64,000 nucleotides of DNA from Calditrichia bacterium (GTDB lineage Bacteria > Calditrichota > Calditrichia > RBG-13-44-9 > J075). The stretch covers positions 59,405 to 123,404 of the forward strand of contig JBOEGD010000032.1 in assembly GCA_050633245.1 (NCBI GenBank). Direction: 5' to 3'. The position numbers were made by a program, and so were the translations under genes. The notes under the pieces were generated by a model. That model saw nothing but the letters and a program-made list of their open reading frames with translations, searched no databases and had not been told where the DNA came from. Shown here piece after piece: positions 48,737 through 59,900 of this stretch; within the stretch, counting starts at the first letter, position 1, and each line of letters opens with the position of its first letter.

Positions 48737-50274
48737 TTTGAATTGTCCTCCAGTGGTAGCGAGAGCCGTTTGTTTGCCCGATGCGGTTTTTCAGATGTAT
48801 TCGTCAAATCGAGCTCTTGCTGAAACCCTTTTACACCTGCTACAGCAAACTGCAGCTTTAAAAGTTTGTTCTTCTCATCTGAACTATCGATGAAAAGCTT
48901 GCCATCAAAGTTAGAGAAGATGGTATAAGCCAGAGCAGCGTCCAAAACAGAATGTTTTGTATGCTCTAATTTTTCAAATGTCTCAAAAAATCCGTCAGGA
49001 ATATCCAGATCCTTGATGTTAATCTGAAGTTCAAGGCAGGGTGGATTTGTTGACGTACAAAGTAGGTGGCAAAGGATAGACACCGGCTTAGTTGACTCTA
49101 ATAGATTATCCAGAGTACGAAACAAATACGTAAATCCATCCTGAAACTGATTTTCATTTCCCCGAATAAGAATATCTTGCCAATTCTTTTGATATTTCAG
49201 CTTGAATTGCAAGCTCGTTTTGATATGCTGGCCTGCAAGAATACCTTCGAGAAACTGGATTAACCCAAATACCTCGGGAATTGAGTCTTCTTTGTTGTGA
49301 TTGAATTTTCGCAGCTGGCTGATAATTTCGTCAATTCGATCTACCTGCTTATGTACAATGTCCATTGAACGTATGCTATCTTCGGGCATAACCTTCTGCA
49401 TTAATTGAAGTCGCCCCATTAGGATATTTACAGGATTGTGGATTTCATGAGCTAATGCCTGCGATAGATATTTGATGACGTTGAATTTCTCCCGCCGTAA
49501 TAGTTGATTAAAAACCAGGTCGCTAATGGTGCGATTTTCCATAGTAATAATTAAACCTTTTACATAACCGGCGGAAGAATAAAAAAAGTCTGCATTCAGG
49601 TTTGCGTCAATGAATTTGCCTTGTGTGTGCTTTATGCTGACGCGGTACCCACGAATTTCTTTACCCATTGTTAAGCGCTGATAGACGTGATGGAGCACTT
49701 TAAAACCGTCATCAAGATAATCCTGTAAATTATGACCGATTAGTTCTTCGCTATCCATGTTTAGAAACTCGCTCAGTACATTATTACAATAATCGATGCA
49801 GAAGTTCTCATTCAGAACGATCACTGCTTCAGTAGAATAATCCAGCAGATTTTTGTAGTACTGTAACATTACGGCAGCATCTTTGCTCTCTACCTCGAAC
49901 TTATGCTGTCGAGCCAGACAATGTTTGTATTGGACAACAATCGCCGCCAAACGTGCCGGGGAGAGTGGATCGAAAAGAAGGAGGTCGAATTCATTTTCCT
50001 GATACGTTTCCTCAAATTGATCACTTTTTTCGTCCACCCAATAAGCAAAGTGCAAGATCGGATTTTTGCTGCGCATTGTTGCGAGTTTCTTTTTACCCGT
50101 CGATGTTAAATAGCTGGAGTCGACAATGGCAATATCTGCATTCGTCGCATCGGACGAAGCAGACTTTGTTTCGGGTATCAACTTCCAGGTTGTTTGCTCG
50201 GAAATTCTCTTGAATTGCTCCCGTCGAGTTTGATCATTCGTCAAGAGCATAAGATTTACGCATGTGCTACTCAT
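48733..50274 (-). CDS. PAS/HisKA protein with degenerate ATPase domain
   Basis: Receiver-like N-terminus, PAS, H-box LAHEIHNPV; no recognisable N/G1/G2 boxes; overlaps the NtrC gene start. Confidence 0.75.
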   Translation of the reverse strand: MSSTCVNLMLLTNDQTRREQFKRISEQTTWKLIPETKSASSDATNADIAIVDSSYLTSTGKKKLATMRSKNPILHFAYWVDEKSDQFEETYQENEFDLLLFDPLSPARLAAIVVQYKHCLARQHKFEVESKDAAVMLQYYKNLLDYSTEAVIVLNENFCIDYCNNVLSEFLNMDSEELIGHNLQDYLDDGFKVLHHVYQRLTMGKEIRGYRVSIKHTQGKFIDANLNADFFYSSAGYVKGLIITMENRTISDLVFNQLLRREKFNVIKYLSQALAHEIHNPVNILMGRLQLMQKVMPEDSIRSMDIVHKQVDRIDEIISQLRKFNHNKEDSIPEVFGLIQFLEGILAGQHIKTSLQFKLKYQKNWQDILIRGNENQFQDGFTYLFRTLDNLLESTKPVSILCHLLCTSTNPPCLELQINIKDLDIPDGFFETFEKLEHTKHSVLDAALAYTIFSNFDGKLFIDSSDEKNKLLKLQFAVAGVKGFQQELDLTNTSEKPHRANKRLSLPLEDNSN

Positions 50275-50495
50275 GAAGATTCTGGCCTCGGTATCGGTTA
50301 ATCACCTTGCCACAGCAGTATGCCGATGAGAATTCCGCTGCCGTAAGCAGTGGAATGGGGCAATGTAGACAGTTAATTTTCGGCATTGTTGAAATAATCG
50401 GCAGAATAGCTAAATACTTGCGTACAATATTCAAAATAGTGTCGATAAATACAACGAAGTTGTGTGATGAGTGTCGAAGAAAGGGACAGGTGTTT

Positions 50496-50532
50496 AAAAA
50501 AGCGACAGTCTGAGTTGAGCTCAGACTGTCGC
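50496..50532 (-). terminator. alaS terminator
   Basis: aaaaaa-gcgacagtctgag...ctcagactgtcgc. Confidence 0.85.
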
Positions 50533-50543
50533 AAGCGGGTTTA

Positions 50544-53165
50544 CTAAGCTAATTTAGAGCGAAGAAATGCATAGACGTCCGGAAGTTTTGAAGCATCTTT
50601 TGCTCCTGCTGTTGCAAGGTGTGGTCTTCCGCCCCCACCGCCGCCAGCCATCTTTGCTGCTTCACGAATCAGGTCTCCTGCTTTAAGGCTGCGCTCTTTG
50701 ATAAGGTCGTCGGTTACGGCACAGACAAAGTTAACCTTGCCACCGGCCTTGTTTACCAGAAATCCAACCGTTTTAGTGGACTTTTGCCGAAGTGTATCGC
50801 CCACCTGCTTTAAAAGATCGACATCAACGTCACTGAACTCTTCGATAACGAGCGAGACGTCGCCGATCTTCTCGGCACCGGCAATGAATTCATCAACGCG
50901 TTCGATAATTTTTCCGGCCTGCAACTTTTGCAGTTCTTTTTCAGACTGTCGCGCTTTTTCCTGAATGGCGTGAACACGATCTGCTAATTCGGAAGCAGGT
51001 GTATTTAACAGCTGTTCCAAAGAATTTACAATATTGCGTCTTTCCAGCATGTATCGGGTTGCCTGCGGTCCGGTGAGTGCCTCGATACGACGAACGCCGG
51101 CAGCTACGCTGCTTTCCTGCGTAATAATAAAGGGGCCAATTTCGCCCGTTGCCTGAACATGGCAACCCCCGCAAAGCTCAACGCTGAATGGTGCAATATC
51201 TACGACGCGAACGACATCGCCATATTTTTCACCAAAGAGAGCCATCGCTCCTTTTGCTTTGGCTTCATCAAAGCTGCTTGAATACGTTGAAACAGTCATG
51301 TTCTCTTGTATTTTGCTATTAACCATCAGTTCGATCTTCTGAAGTTCATCCGACTCAATCTTCTTAAAATGAGTAAAGTCGAATCGCAATCCGTCTGGTG
51401 CAACCAGCGAACCAGCCTGCTGAACATGATCGCCCAAAACGTCGCGCAGGGCAGCGTGCAGCAGGTGAGTGGCAGTATGGTTGTAGATCGTTGGGTTACG
51501 TCGATCAATATCCACGCCTGCCTCTACAGACACATCGCTGCCAATTTCACCGGTCAATGCACCGATGCTAACATTTTCACCGCTTTGCTTACGGGTCTCT
51601 ACTATATCGATCTTAAAACCATTACCCTGAATAATGCCCTGATCTCCAACTTGTCCACCAGACTCGGCATAGAAGGGCGTCTTTTCGAGGACGACATGAA
51701 CATGATTGTCGTGTTTTGCCCATTTGCGAATAGTGGTTTCTACATTTAGATTTTCATAGCCAACGAATTCTGTTTCGCCTTCGTTGATAACCTGCCATTC
51801 GAGAGCTTCACCCTCTTCGGCACTAAACTTTCCTGCGGCACGAGCACGGTCTTTCTGCTGACTCATCTCAGCTTCAAAGCCGCTCTCGTCAACATCCATG
51901 TCTATTTCCTGAGCCATTACTCTGGTTAAATCCAGCGGAAAACCAAATGTATCGTAGAGTTTAAAGGCTTCGCTGCCGGGGACTGTTTTGATATTTTTGT
52001 TTTTCAATTCCTCGACGATACCGCCAAACAGCTCAATTCCACGATCCAGCGTTTTGTTAAAGCTTTCTTCTTCAGACTTGATCACTTCCATAATGTAGCT
52101 TGCTTTATCTACAAGCTCGGGGAAGGCTTCACCGTTTATATCTACAACCGTTTTAACAATCTTATAGATGAAAGGATCTTTCATATTCAGCTTGCGGCCA
52201 TATCGGGCAGCACGGCGTAGCAAGCGACGTAGCACGTATCCGCGACCATCATTGGATGGCATGGCGCCATCTGAAATGGAAAAGGTTAGCATGCGTACGT
52301 GGTCGGCGATAACGCGAAAAACAATCTGCTGTTCTTCGGTTGCTTTCTCGTAATTCAATCCGACCTGTTTCCCAATACTATCGAGAATTGGTGTGAAGAC
52401 ATCGGTATCGTAATTGGATTTTTTATTCTGTAGAACCGCGACAATTCGCTCGAAGCCCATTCCGGTGTCAACATGCTGAGCAGGCAACTTATTTAACGCA
52501 CCGCCTTTTACGCGATTGTATTGAATAAAAACCAGATTCCAGATTTCCATAACCAGAGGAGAGTCGCCGTTGACCAAATCTTTACCAGACATATCCGGTG
52601 TCAGGTCGATATGTACTTCTGAACACGGACCGCATGGGCCCGTTTCACCCATCTCCCAAAAGTTGTCTTCTTTACCACAGCGAATGATATGATCAGGATT
52701 GATGTCTGTTACTTTGGCCCATAGACTCTCGGCTTCAGTATCTGCCTCGGTACCATCTTCTTTGTCACCGCCAAAGACGGTGGCATAAAGTCTTTCTTTT
52801 GGAATGCCCCAAACCTCAGTCAGTAATTCCCAGGCCCACTTAATGGCGTCTTCCTTGAAGTAGTCGCCAAAAGACCAGTTACCGAGCATCTCAAAATAGG
52901 TGTGATGATAGGTATCATGGCCTACTTCTTCGAGGTCGTTGTGTTTTCCACTAACGCGAATACATTTTTGTGAGTTGGCTGCACGTTTGTACGGTCGCGT
53001 TCCGGTTTCCAGAAACACGTCTTTAAATTGGTTCATCCCTGCGTTAATAAAAAGGAGCGTCGGATCGTCGTGGGGAACAACCGGGGAACTCGGCACAAAA
53101 GTGTGATCCTTTTTCTTCTCGAAGAAGTCAATGAATTCCCGGCGAATTTGCTTGGATGTCTTCAT
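50544..53165 (-). CDS. alaS: Alanine--tRNA ligase
   Basis: DPTLLFINAGMNQFK, HHTYFEMLGNWSFGDYFK, DTGMGFER, HTATH...ELCGGCH editing motif, GGGGG C-Ala. Confidence 0.98.
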   Translation of the reverse strand: MKTSKQIRREFIDFFEKKKDHTFVPSSPVVPHDDPTLLFINAGMNQFKDVFLETGTRPYKRAANSQKCIRVSGKHNDLEEVGHDTYHHTYFEMLGNWSFGDYFKEDAIKWAWELLTEVWGIPKERLYATVFGGDKEDGTEADTEAESLWAKVTDINPDHIIRCGKEDNFWEMGETGPCGPCSEVHIDLTPDMSGKDLVNGDSPLVMEIWNLVFIQYNRVKGGALNKLPAQHVDTGMGFERIVAVLQNKKSNYDTDVFTPILDSIGKQVGLNYEKATEEQQIVFRVIADHVRMLTFSISDGAMPSNDGRGYVLRRLLRRAARYGRKLNMKDPFIYKIVKTVVDINGEAFPELVDKASYIMEVIKSEEESFNKTLDRGIELFGGIVEELKNKNIKTVPGSEAFKLYDTFGFPLDLTRVMAQEIDMDVDESGFEAEMSQQKDRARAAGKFSAEEGEALEWQVINEGETEFVGYENLNVETTIRKWAKHDNHVHVVLEKTPFYAESGGQVGDQGIIQGNGFKIDIVETRKQSGENVSIGALTGEIGSDVSVEAGVDIDRRNPTIYNHTATHLLHAALRDVLGDHVQQAGSLVAPDGLRFDFTHFKKIESDELQKIELMVNSKIQENMTVSTYSSSFDEAKAKGAMALFGEKYGDVVRVVDIAPFSVELCGGCHVQATGEIGPFIITQESSVAAGVRRIEALTGPQATRYMLERRNIVNSLEQLLNTPASELADRVHAIQEKARQSEKELQKLQAGKIIERVDEFIAGAEKIGDVSLVIEEFSDVDVDLLKQVGDTLRQKSTKTVGFLVNKAGGKVNFVCAVTDDLIKERSLKAGDLIREAAKMAGGGGGGRPHLATAGAKDASKLPDVYAFLRSKLA

Positions 53166-53339
53166 AATAAACTCTTTAGTTTTTTATAATGGGAATAGTT
53201 TTCCGGCGATAGCTCTTCAGATTACATGATTAGTATCGGCGGTAAACGCATACTGTTCAATAATAGAGCCTGAAAGGTAGAGAAGTTATCAGGGTTTTTC
53301 AATATTTTTGTGGGATTAGGCACAGAGGAGGGGATAAAT

Positions 53340-53444
53340 AATTGATGATTGATGAATTATGATTGATGAATTGATGAATTATGATTGATGAATTGATGAT
53401 TGATGAATTATGATTGATGATTGATGATTGATGAATTATGATTG
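53340..53444. repeat. ATTGATG/AATTATG degenerate tandem array
   Basis: About 100 bp of attgatg(a)/attatg units. Confidence 0.9.
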
Positions 53445-53449
53445 GTGGT

Positions 53450-53486
53450 TTTTGTTAGATCCGCACAACCGTGCGGATCTAACAAA
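53450..53486. terminator. Long perfect hairpin after the RND operon, next to a GTAG-type REP half-site
   Basis: tttgttagatccgcac-aacc-gtgcggatctaacaaa; ttgcgtctctac follows at about 53497-53508. Confidence 0.7.
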
Positions 53487-53516
53487 ATGCAATACATTGC
53501 GTCTCTACATACATTG

Positions 53517-56500
53517 TTATTTTTCGGTACTGGAAAGTGCCGCTGCGCCAGGAGCTACTTCTTGCTTTCCGGTACCTTTAAGCCACGCAATCATACGATA
53601 CATATGAATAGACAGGTCATCGAACAACGAATAGAAAACCGGAACGATTACCAGTGTTAATACTGTACTGGTGAGCATACCACCAACGATGGCGCGTCCC
53701 ATTGGCGCGTAGGGAATGCCAATCAGGTTTCCGGTCCCAAGTGCCATCGGCAGCAATCCGAAGATTGTGGTAAAACTGGTCATTAGAATGGGGCGAAAGC
53801 GATGTTGCCCCGCTTCAATGATGGCTTCATATCGGCTAAAGCCCTCTTTTCTTCGGCGGATGACCATATCCAGCAAAACGATACCGTTATTTACCACCAC
53901 TCCAACGAGAATAACAATTCCAATGTTCGCCATAATATCGGCTGATGTGCCGGTAATTGCCAGCATCATAAAGGCACCGAAAAAGGATAGCGGTATGGAC
54001 AGCAGTATGGATAGTGGTATAAATGTAGATTCAAATAGAATTGCCATCAGGATGTAGATGAAAATTACAGATAGCATAAGTGCATTCGCGAATGCCTGTT
54101 GGTCATCGTCAAAGCTGCGGAAGCGATTCCCGGGATTCCAGCTGTAGCCATAGGGGAGTGGAAACGATTCCATTATGCCGTTAATTTGTCCACGCAGTTC
54201 CTCGATGTTGTCAGAGGTCGATTTTGCTGTTATGCTGATAAAGGTTTTACCGTTTTCTCGGCCAATTTGCCCAAACCCTTTCTGAATCTGGAACTCTGCC
54301 AGGGCATCAAGCGGAACAGCCTGTCCATTACTGCTGATAAAAGACATGTTTTTTAACTGCATCAAGTTCTCGCGATCTTCTTCACGGAACTGCACGCGAA
54401 TATCAATTTCACGATCGCTGGCCTGAACGCGGGAGAGTGTCATTCCGCGTACTGCATATTGCAGCGTGTAAGCAATCTGGTTTGCATTAATGCCGTTGCG
54501 TGTTGCAACTTCCCGATCGACATTTATCAGAATTTCGTCGCTGCCGGTTTCATTGCCGGATTCAACGCTGATAACACCATCAAGCAGCTTCATGCGGCGC
54601 TCGACTTCTTCAGCGAGTTCTTCAAGTTTACCGGTATCATCTCCATAGAGCATTATTGAGACGGAACCGGCATCACTGCTACTTGCGCCAAACCAGGAAG
54701 TTCGGAACTTAACGCCGGGTTTGCTGGGAACGCGTTTCTTTAAGTCTTCGAGAACTTCATCCTGAGTCATCGGTTTGTCAACCTCAATGCCGGCAACAGT
54801 TTGCATACCTTCCCAAAGCACGTCGTACCATTGTGCGCGCGGAGGTGAGTTTAAATAAAGACGAGTACGGCCGAAGGTTTGACGGAAACCGGTATTCATG
54901 GACTTTATATTGTATTTATGAGCATTGGCGCGAACGGTATCTTCTACCTCATTGAAAAAGGTCTGAGCATCTTCCTTTGAGTAGTGTCCAGGTAAGTCGA
55001 ACATCAGTGTAACATCATTTGGGCCGCCGTCACTATCGCCTGAACTTGGCACCAGACCTATGAATACGCCTGTCATCATAATTATACCAAACGCGAAAAT
55101 CACTACGTTAAGGCGATTGCGTAATGCTTTGTCCAGGACAATCATGTAGCGAGCTTTGATATAGCTGATAAATCTACTTTCTTTTGCCAGTCCGTCAGTA
55201 GAGAAATGGCTGGTTGCAAGTGGGATTAGCACCAGAGCCACAAATAAAGAACCCGCGAGCGCAAATATTACCGGCATTCCAATACGTCTCATGTAAAAGG
55301 CAAAGCCGCTTCCCTCAATCAAAAGAATAGGTACAAACACCATGATGGTGGTCAGCGTCGCCATGATAATAGCCAGATTTACTTCGCTTGCACCAAAGAT
55401 TGATGCTTCCTGCGGGCTTTCGCCTTCGCTGCGCCGCCGATAAATATTTTCCAGAACCACAATGCCATTGTCGACGACCATGCCAATGCTGATCATAATA
55501 CTCATCATGGTAATGACGTTGAGCGTCCAACCGATGAAATACACACAAACCAGAGCAATAAGAATAGAAAGTGGAATAGCGAACATCATGATAATGGTCA
55601 TGCGGATGTTACGCAAAAAGAGGAGCAAAATGAGAATGGCAAAAAAGCCACCCCACATCGCGGTATCGCGCAGGTTGTTTACCGCCTCTTCAATAAATTC
55701 CCCCTGAACGAAAATCAGATTGATATCTAATTCTGAGAGTGCAGGATGCTTGGCGATGTCCTCTTTTAAAATAGTGCTGAGCTCACGGCTGATATCTACC
55801 GTGTTTGCCAGCGATTCTTTGAATATTTCAATAAGAACGCCCGGACCACCGTTAATTGTTTGCGTCCAAGTGCGTTTGGTAATGTCGAAATCGACGTCGG
55901 CGACATCGCCTATTGTCAGTCCGAGATTGTTGATCGGGAGTGTTCGCACAGCTTCGAGATCATCGAAGCGCGCTACGGAACGCACGATAAACTTTTTGTC
56001 TCCTTCGTAGACCCAACCGGAAGACATGGCAAAGTTGTCCTGCTGCATTTCATTGATCACATCGAACATATTCAGACGATGGGCCTTGATCTTGTCTTGA
56101 TTCAGCTTAATCTGAATGCTTTTTTCGTCTGTTCCGTAAACCTCAATATTAGCAACGCCATCAATTCGTTCAATAGGCCGTTTCAGATAGTTCTCAACAA
56201 GGTGGAAAGGATCTTTAACGCCATCGGGATAAGCAACCGATAGAAAAATGATCGGTGGATCATTTTGGCCAAATTTACGCAAGAAATAGCGATCGACGTC
56301 TGCCGGTAAGGTTGCGCGCACGCGCTCCATTCTGTCACGCAACTGATCATAGGCATCATCGGGATCGGTATCATGATCAAGCTCCAGCCATGTCCAGCAG
56401 CCGTTCACCTGACTATATGTCTCTACCCGGTCTACGCCGTTAATGGTGCGCACCTGTTCTTCCACTGGTCGGGCAATCTGCTCTTCCACCTCTTCGGGGT

Positions 56501-56678
56501 TTGCGTTGGGATAGCTCACCCACACTCCCAGGAATGGTGCTGTAAAGCCCTGTGGAAGCAGCTCTATGGGAATGCGCACGTAGGCGATTGCTCCAATAAC
56601 CAGAATGGCAAAGAGTGATACAACGATAGTTACGGGTCTCTTTACCGCTAAATTTGGTAAAAATGATGGCTTGCTCAT
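53517..56678 (-). CDS. RND (AcrB/SwrC-like) transporter permease subunit 2
   Basis: RPVT, GMVVDNGIVVLENI, GVVVNNGIV, RFRPILMTS. Confidence 0.93.
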   Translation of the reverse strand: MSKPSFLPNLAVKRPVTIVVSLFAILVIGAIAYVRIPIELLPQGFTAPFLGVWVSYPNANPEEVEEQIARPVEEQVRTINGVDRVETYSQVNGCWTWLELDHDTDPDDAYDQLRDRMERVRATLPADVDRYFLRKFGQNDPPIIFLSVAYPDGVKDPFHLVENYLKRPIERIDGVANIEVYGTDEKSIQIKLNQDKIKAHRLNMFDVINEMQQDNFAMSSGWVYEGDKKFIVRSVARFDDLEAVRTLPINNLGLTIGDVADVDFDITKRTWTQTINGGPGVLIEIFKESLANTVDISRELSTILKEDIAKHPALSELDINLIFVQGEFIEEAVNNLRDTAMWGGFFAILILLLFLRNIRMTIIMMFAIPLSILIALVCVYFIGWTLNVITMMSIMISIGMVVDNGIVVLENIYRRRSEGESPQEASIFGASEVNLAIIMATLTTIMVFVPILLIEGSGFAFYMRRIGMPVIFALAGSLFVALVLIPLATSHFSTDGLAKESRFISYIKARYMIVLDKALRNRLNVVIFAFGIIMMTGVFIGLVPSSGDSDGGPNDVTLMFDLPGHYSKEDAQTFFNEVEDTVRANAHKYNIKSMNTGFRQTFGRTRLYLNSPPRAQWYDVLWEGMQTVAGIEVDKPMTQDEVLEDLKKRVPSKPGVKFRTSWFGASSSDAGSVSIMLYGDDTGKLEELAEEVERRMKLLDGVISVESGNETGSDEILINVDREVATRNGINANQIAYTLQYAVRGMTLSRVQASDREIDIRVQFREEDRENLMQLKNMSFISSNGQAVPLDALAEFQIQKGFGQIGRENGKTFISITAKSTSDNIEELRGQINGIMESFPLPYGYSWNPGNRFRSFDDDQQAFANALMLSVIFIYILMAILFESTFIPLSILLSIPLSFFGAFMMLAITGTSADIMANIGIVILVGVVVNNGIVLLDMVIRRRKEGFSRYEAIIEAGQHRFRPILMTSFTTIFGLLPMALGTGNLIGIPYAPMGRAIVGGMLTSTVLTLVIVPVFYSLFDDLSIHMYRMIAWLKGTGKQEVAPGAAALSSTEK

Positions 56679-56825
56679 AAAAACCTCTTTAGACGGTACC
56701 AGTTGGTACGATCAAACAAATCTCCCATCGCAATCTCACAACAGGAGGCGATTAAAAATTGCTTCCCACGCAATTTTATTGATAAATAATGATTGATTGT
56801 TTATGAGTGCACAGAGACAATGCGA

Positions 56826-56921
56826 CATACTTCATCACTCATACTTCATCACTCATACTTCATCACTCATACTTCATCACTCATACTTCATCACTCATAC
56901 TTCATCACTCATACTTCATCA
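56826..56921. repeat. CATACTTCATCACT 14-mer x~7
   Basis: Six exact copies plus a 12-nt partial copy, no spacers. Confidence 0.95.
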
Positions 56922-56925
56922 ATTC

Positions 56926-59900
56926 CTACGCGCCGCTGATAGCCGGATCGGCTTCGTTGGCACTTTCTGTTACCTCTACTTCGCTACGATCAAAAATAGC
57001 GTAGACCGTCGGTGTAACAACCAGCGTAAGAAATGTTGCACTTAACAAACCGGCAATTACCGTTATTGCCATTGGCGTTCGGATTTCGGCACCTTCACCA
57101 AGTCCCAATGCCATTGGAAAAAGACCAAGAACGGTGGTAGCCGTTGTCATCAGGATTGGACGTAGTCGCGCCATACCAGCCGCTTTGATAGCTTCGTCCT
57201 TTTCCATACCCTTGCGACGGAGCTGGTTGATATAGTCCACGAGAACAATGGCATTGTTCACCACAATACCCGCCAGCATAATTAAACCGAGAAAAACCAT
57301 AATGTTCAGCGGGATGTTGAATAAAAAGAGAATCAGAATTACACCGATAAGCGCAAATGGTACGGTAAATAGAATCACAAATGGGTGAACAAAAGACTCA
57401 AATTGAGATGCCATTACAATGTAAACGAGGAAGATGGCCAGCAATAATGCGAGCTGTAAACTGCCCAATGAAACTTCCATCTCTTTATTTTGTCCGGAAA
57501 TGTTAAAGGAGAAGCCTTCCGGCAGCTCCATGTTTTGCATAGTAATAAACACGTCTTCGCTAACGCTGGAAAGATCACGCCCTTCAATGTTGGCAAGAAT
57601 AACTGCCGAACGTTCCTGATCTATGCGACGAATTTCACTCGGACCTTCGTTGATCTCAATATGTGAGACGCTTTCGAGAGAAATCGGAAACTCTCCGCCT
57701 GGATTGACGTTCAGGCGCTTCAAATTGGCCAGCGAAGCTTTGTCTTCATCACGCACGCGAACGAGAACATCAATTCGTCGATCTTCTTTCTTAAATTGTG
57801 TCGCAACATCTCCGCGTACTTTGTTGCGTACCAGCTCTGCAACGGTGCGGATATTTAATCCGTAAAACGCAAGACGCTCACGGTCGTAAATGATTTGCAC
57901 TTCCGGATTGCCGCGCTGCAAATTCGATTTTACATCGGTTAGACCATCAACCTTCTCCAACTCTTTTACCGCGTCTCGGCTAACCTGAGCAAGAGCAGCA
58001 AGATTGAATCCCTGAATTTCAACTTCGACAGGTGTTTTAAAGCTGAATAGAACAGGACGAGATATGTTGTAAACGATGCCGCTATAGTTGCTGATTTCCC
58101 TGCGGATAGATTCCAACACCTGATCTTCCAGAGCAGCAGGATCGTTTGAGTCTACCAGATTAACGGTAATCTTTGCCGTATGCTCTCCGGATTCTGAATC
58201 GGAGACTTTAGTGATATCTATTCCAGCCACAGTTGAAATCTGTTTAACGCTTTCATTCGCGAGAATCAAATCTTCTATAGGGCGAATAACTTCCGATGTC
58301 GTTTCTACCGGAGTACCGATCGGCAGCGTTAGTTCGACATTAAATTCACCTTGCCTTACCTCTGGAATTAATTCACTACCGAGTCTTGGCAGGAGCACAA
58401 ACACCGCTAGCAGAAAGGGAATTAATGCCATCATCAATACACTCTGTTTGTTTGCCAGAGCAGAGCTGATAATTGAAGAATAACGATCGCTCAGAATATT
58501 CAGTGCAGAATTGAATTTATTAATAACCCATTCTATCACCGGGAAGATGGCGCGATTCCAGACTATGACCACTACCCCGACTATGGCAAATATAGCTGTC
58601 ATCGCTGCTGTTAGTACTGCGCGAGCAAGTGCAAGAACAGTATGAAGACCCAGTCGAAGTATAACAAAGCCAAGGCCGGCTGCTAATGCCGGTGCAAGCC
58701 ATAGCCGTTTCAATACGCTGGCATTGCTCCATTTATGAGAGCCCCAGTGCAGGCTGTTTTTGAAGGTCGTCCAAAACGATGTATTTGAAAAGAATTCTGC
58801 TGGTGTGCCAATGGCTTTCTGGCTTACCGGTAAATTAAAAACGCGTGACGCCAACATTGGAATAAAAAATAGTGCAACAACGAGTGATGCCAACAGAGAG
58901 AATACAACGGTCAGGGCCAGGTTGCCGAAAATCTGGCCGGCAATTCCCTGCACAAATACCATTGGAAAAAATACAGCAATGGTCGTGAGTGTCGATGCAG
59001 TTACAGCGGCGCCCACTTCGCCGGTGCCGCGAATAACGGATTCGGTTACACTGTCGCCTTCTTCGCGGCAGCGGAAAATACTTTCAATTACCACAATCGA
59101 GTTATCTACTAACATACCGATTCCGAGTGCCAAGCCACCGAGTGACATAATGTTAAGCGAAACATCGAACAGACGCATCGGGGTAAACGTTGCGATAATG
59201 GAAATAGGAATAGCGAGACCGACAATCACGGTGCTTGAAAGATTGCGCAAGAAGAGCAGGAGTATGAGAACTGCGAGAACGCCACCCCACATTGCGGTGC
59301 TTTTTACTTCATCAATGGAGTTCTTAATAAAAACTGACTGATCGCTGAGTAACGAAATGCGCAGATTCTCAGGAATACCATAGGCGATAAAGTTTGTCAT
59401 TTGTCGTTCAAGCATTTGAGCGCCGCCGGGTCCGCCCCGTCTTCCGCCACCACCAGCTTGGCTATCTTCCTTTGCCTCTTCTTTTGTTTCTTCTTCCTTG
59501 TCCGATTTGTTCTCTTCTACCCAGGCAAGCTGTGCTTCGGTTCCGAATACGCGTTCTCGAACGCGCTCTGCAACCTGAACAATATTGGCGTCGCCTTCTT
59601 TGTATACTTCCAGCTCGACGCTTTCATCAATGTTGCCAAGGCCCGCAGACTGCATTTCCTTGGAATTGAGTCGCGTAATAATTTGTCGTTCCTTAAATGT
59701 GCGATATACTTTTCCAACATCAGCAAGCTTAATGTCGCGACCTTGGGCGTTGTTCAGCTTCAATTCGCTGATCTCATCTATGGAGCGGAATTCATTGAGC
59801 GTGCGAACAATATATTCTGTTTGACCTTCTTTAAGTTCACCACCCGCCAGATTGATGTTCTCTTGTGCCAGACGCTGCCGAATCTGCTGAATGTCTAAAC

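Noticed and set aside
56826-56921. Possible CRISPR array (also considered for 29983-30045 and 30212-30337)
   Set aside because: Units are 7-14 bp, contiguous, without unique spacers; no cas genes
56797-57045. His/Ser-rich ORFs (HHSYFITHTSSLIL repeats)
   Set aside because: Translation of the 14-bp tandem repeat, antisense to the RND operon
58760-59898. Long antisense ORFs within RND and kinase genes (e.g. 58760-59341, 59401-59898, 4599-5054)
   Set aside because: Shadow ORFs opposite well-supported genes, with no recognisable motifs
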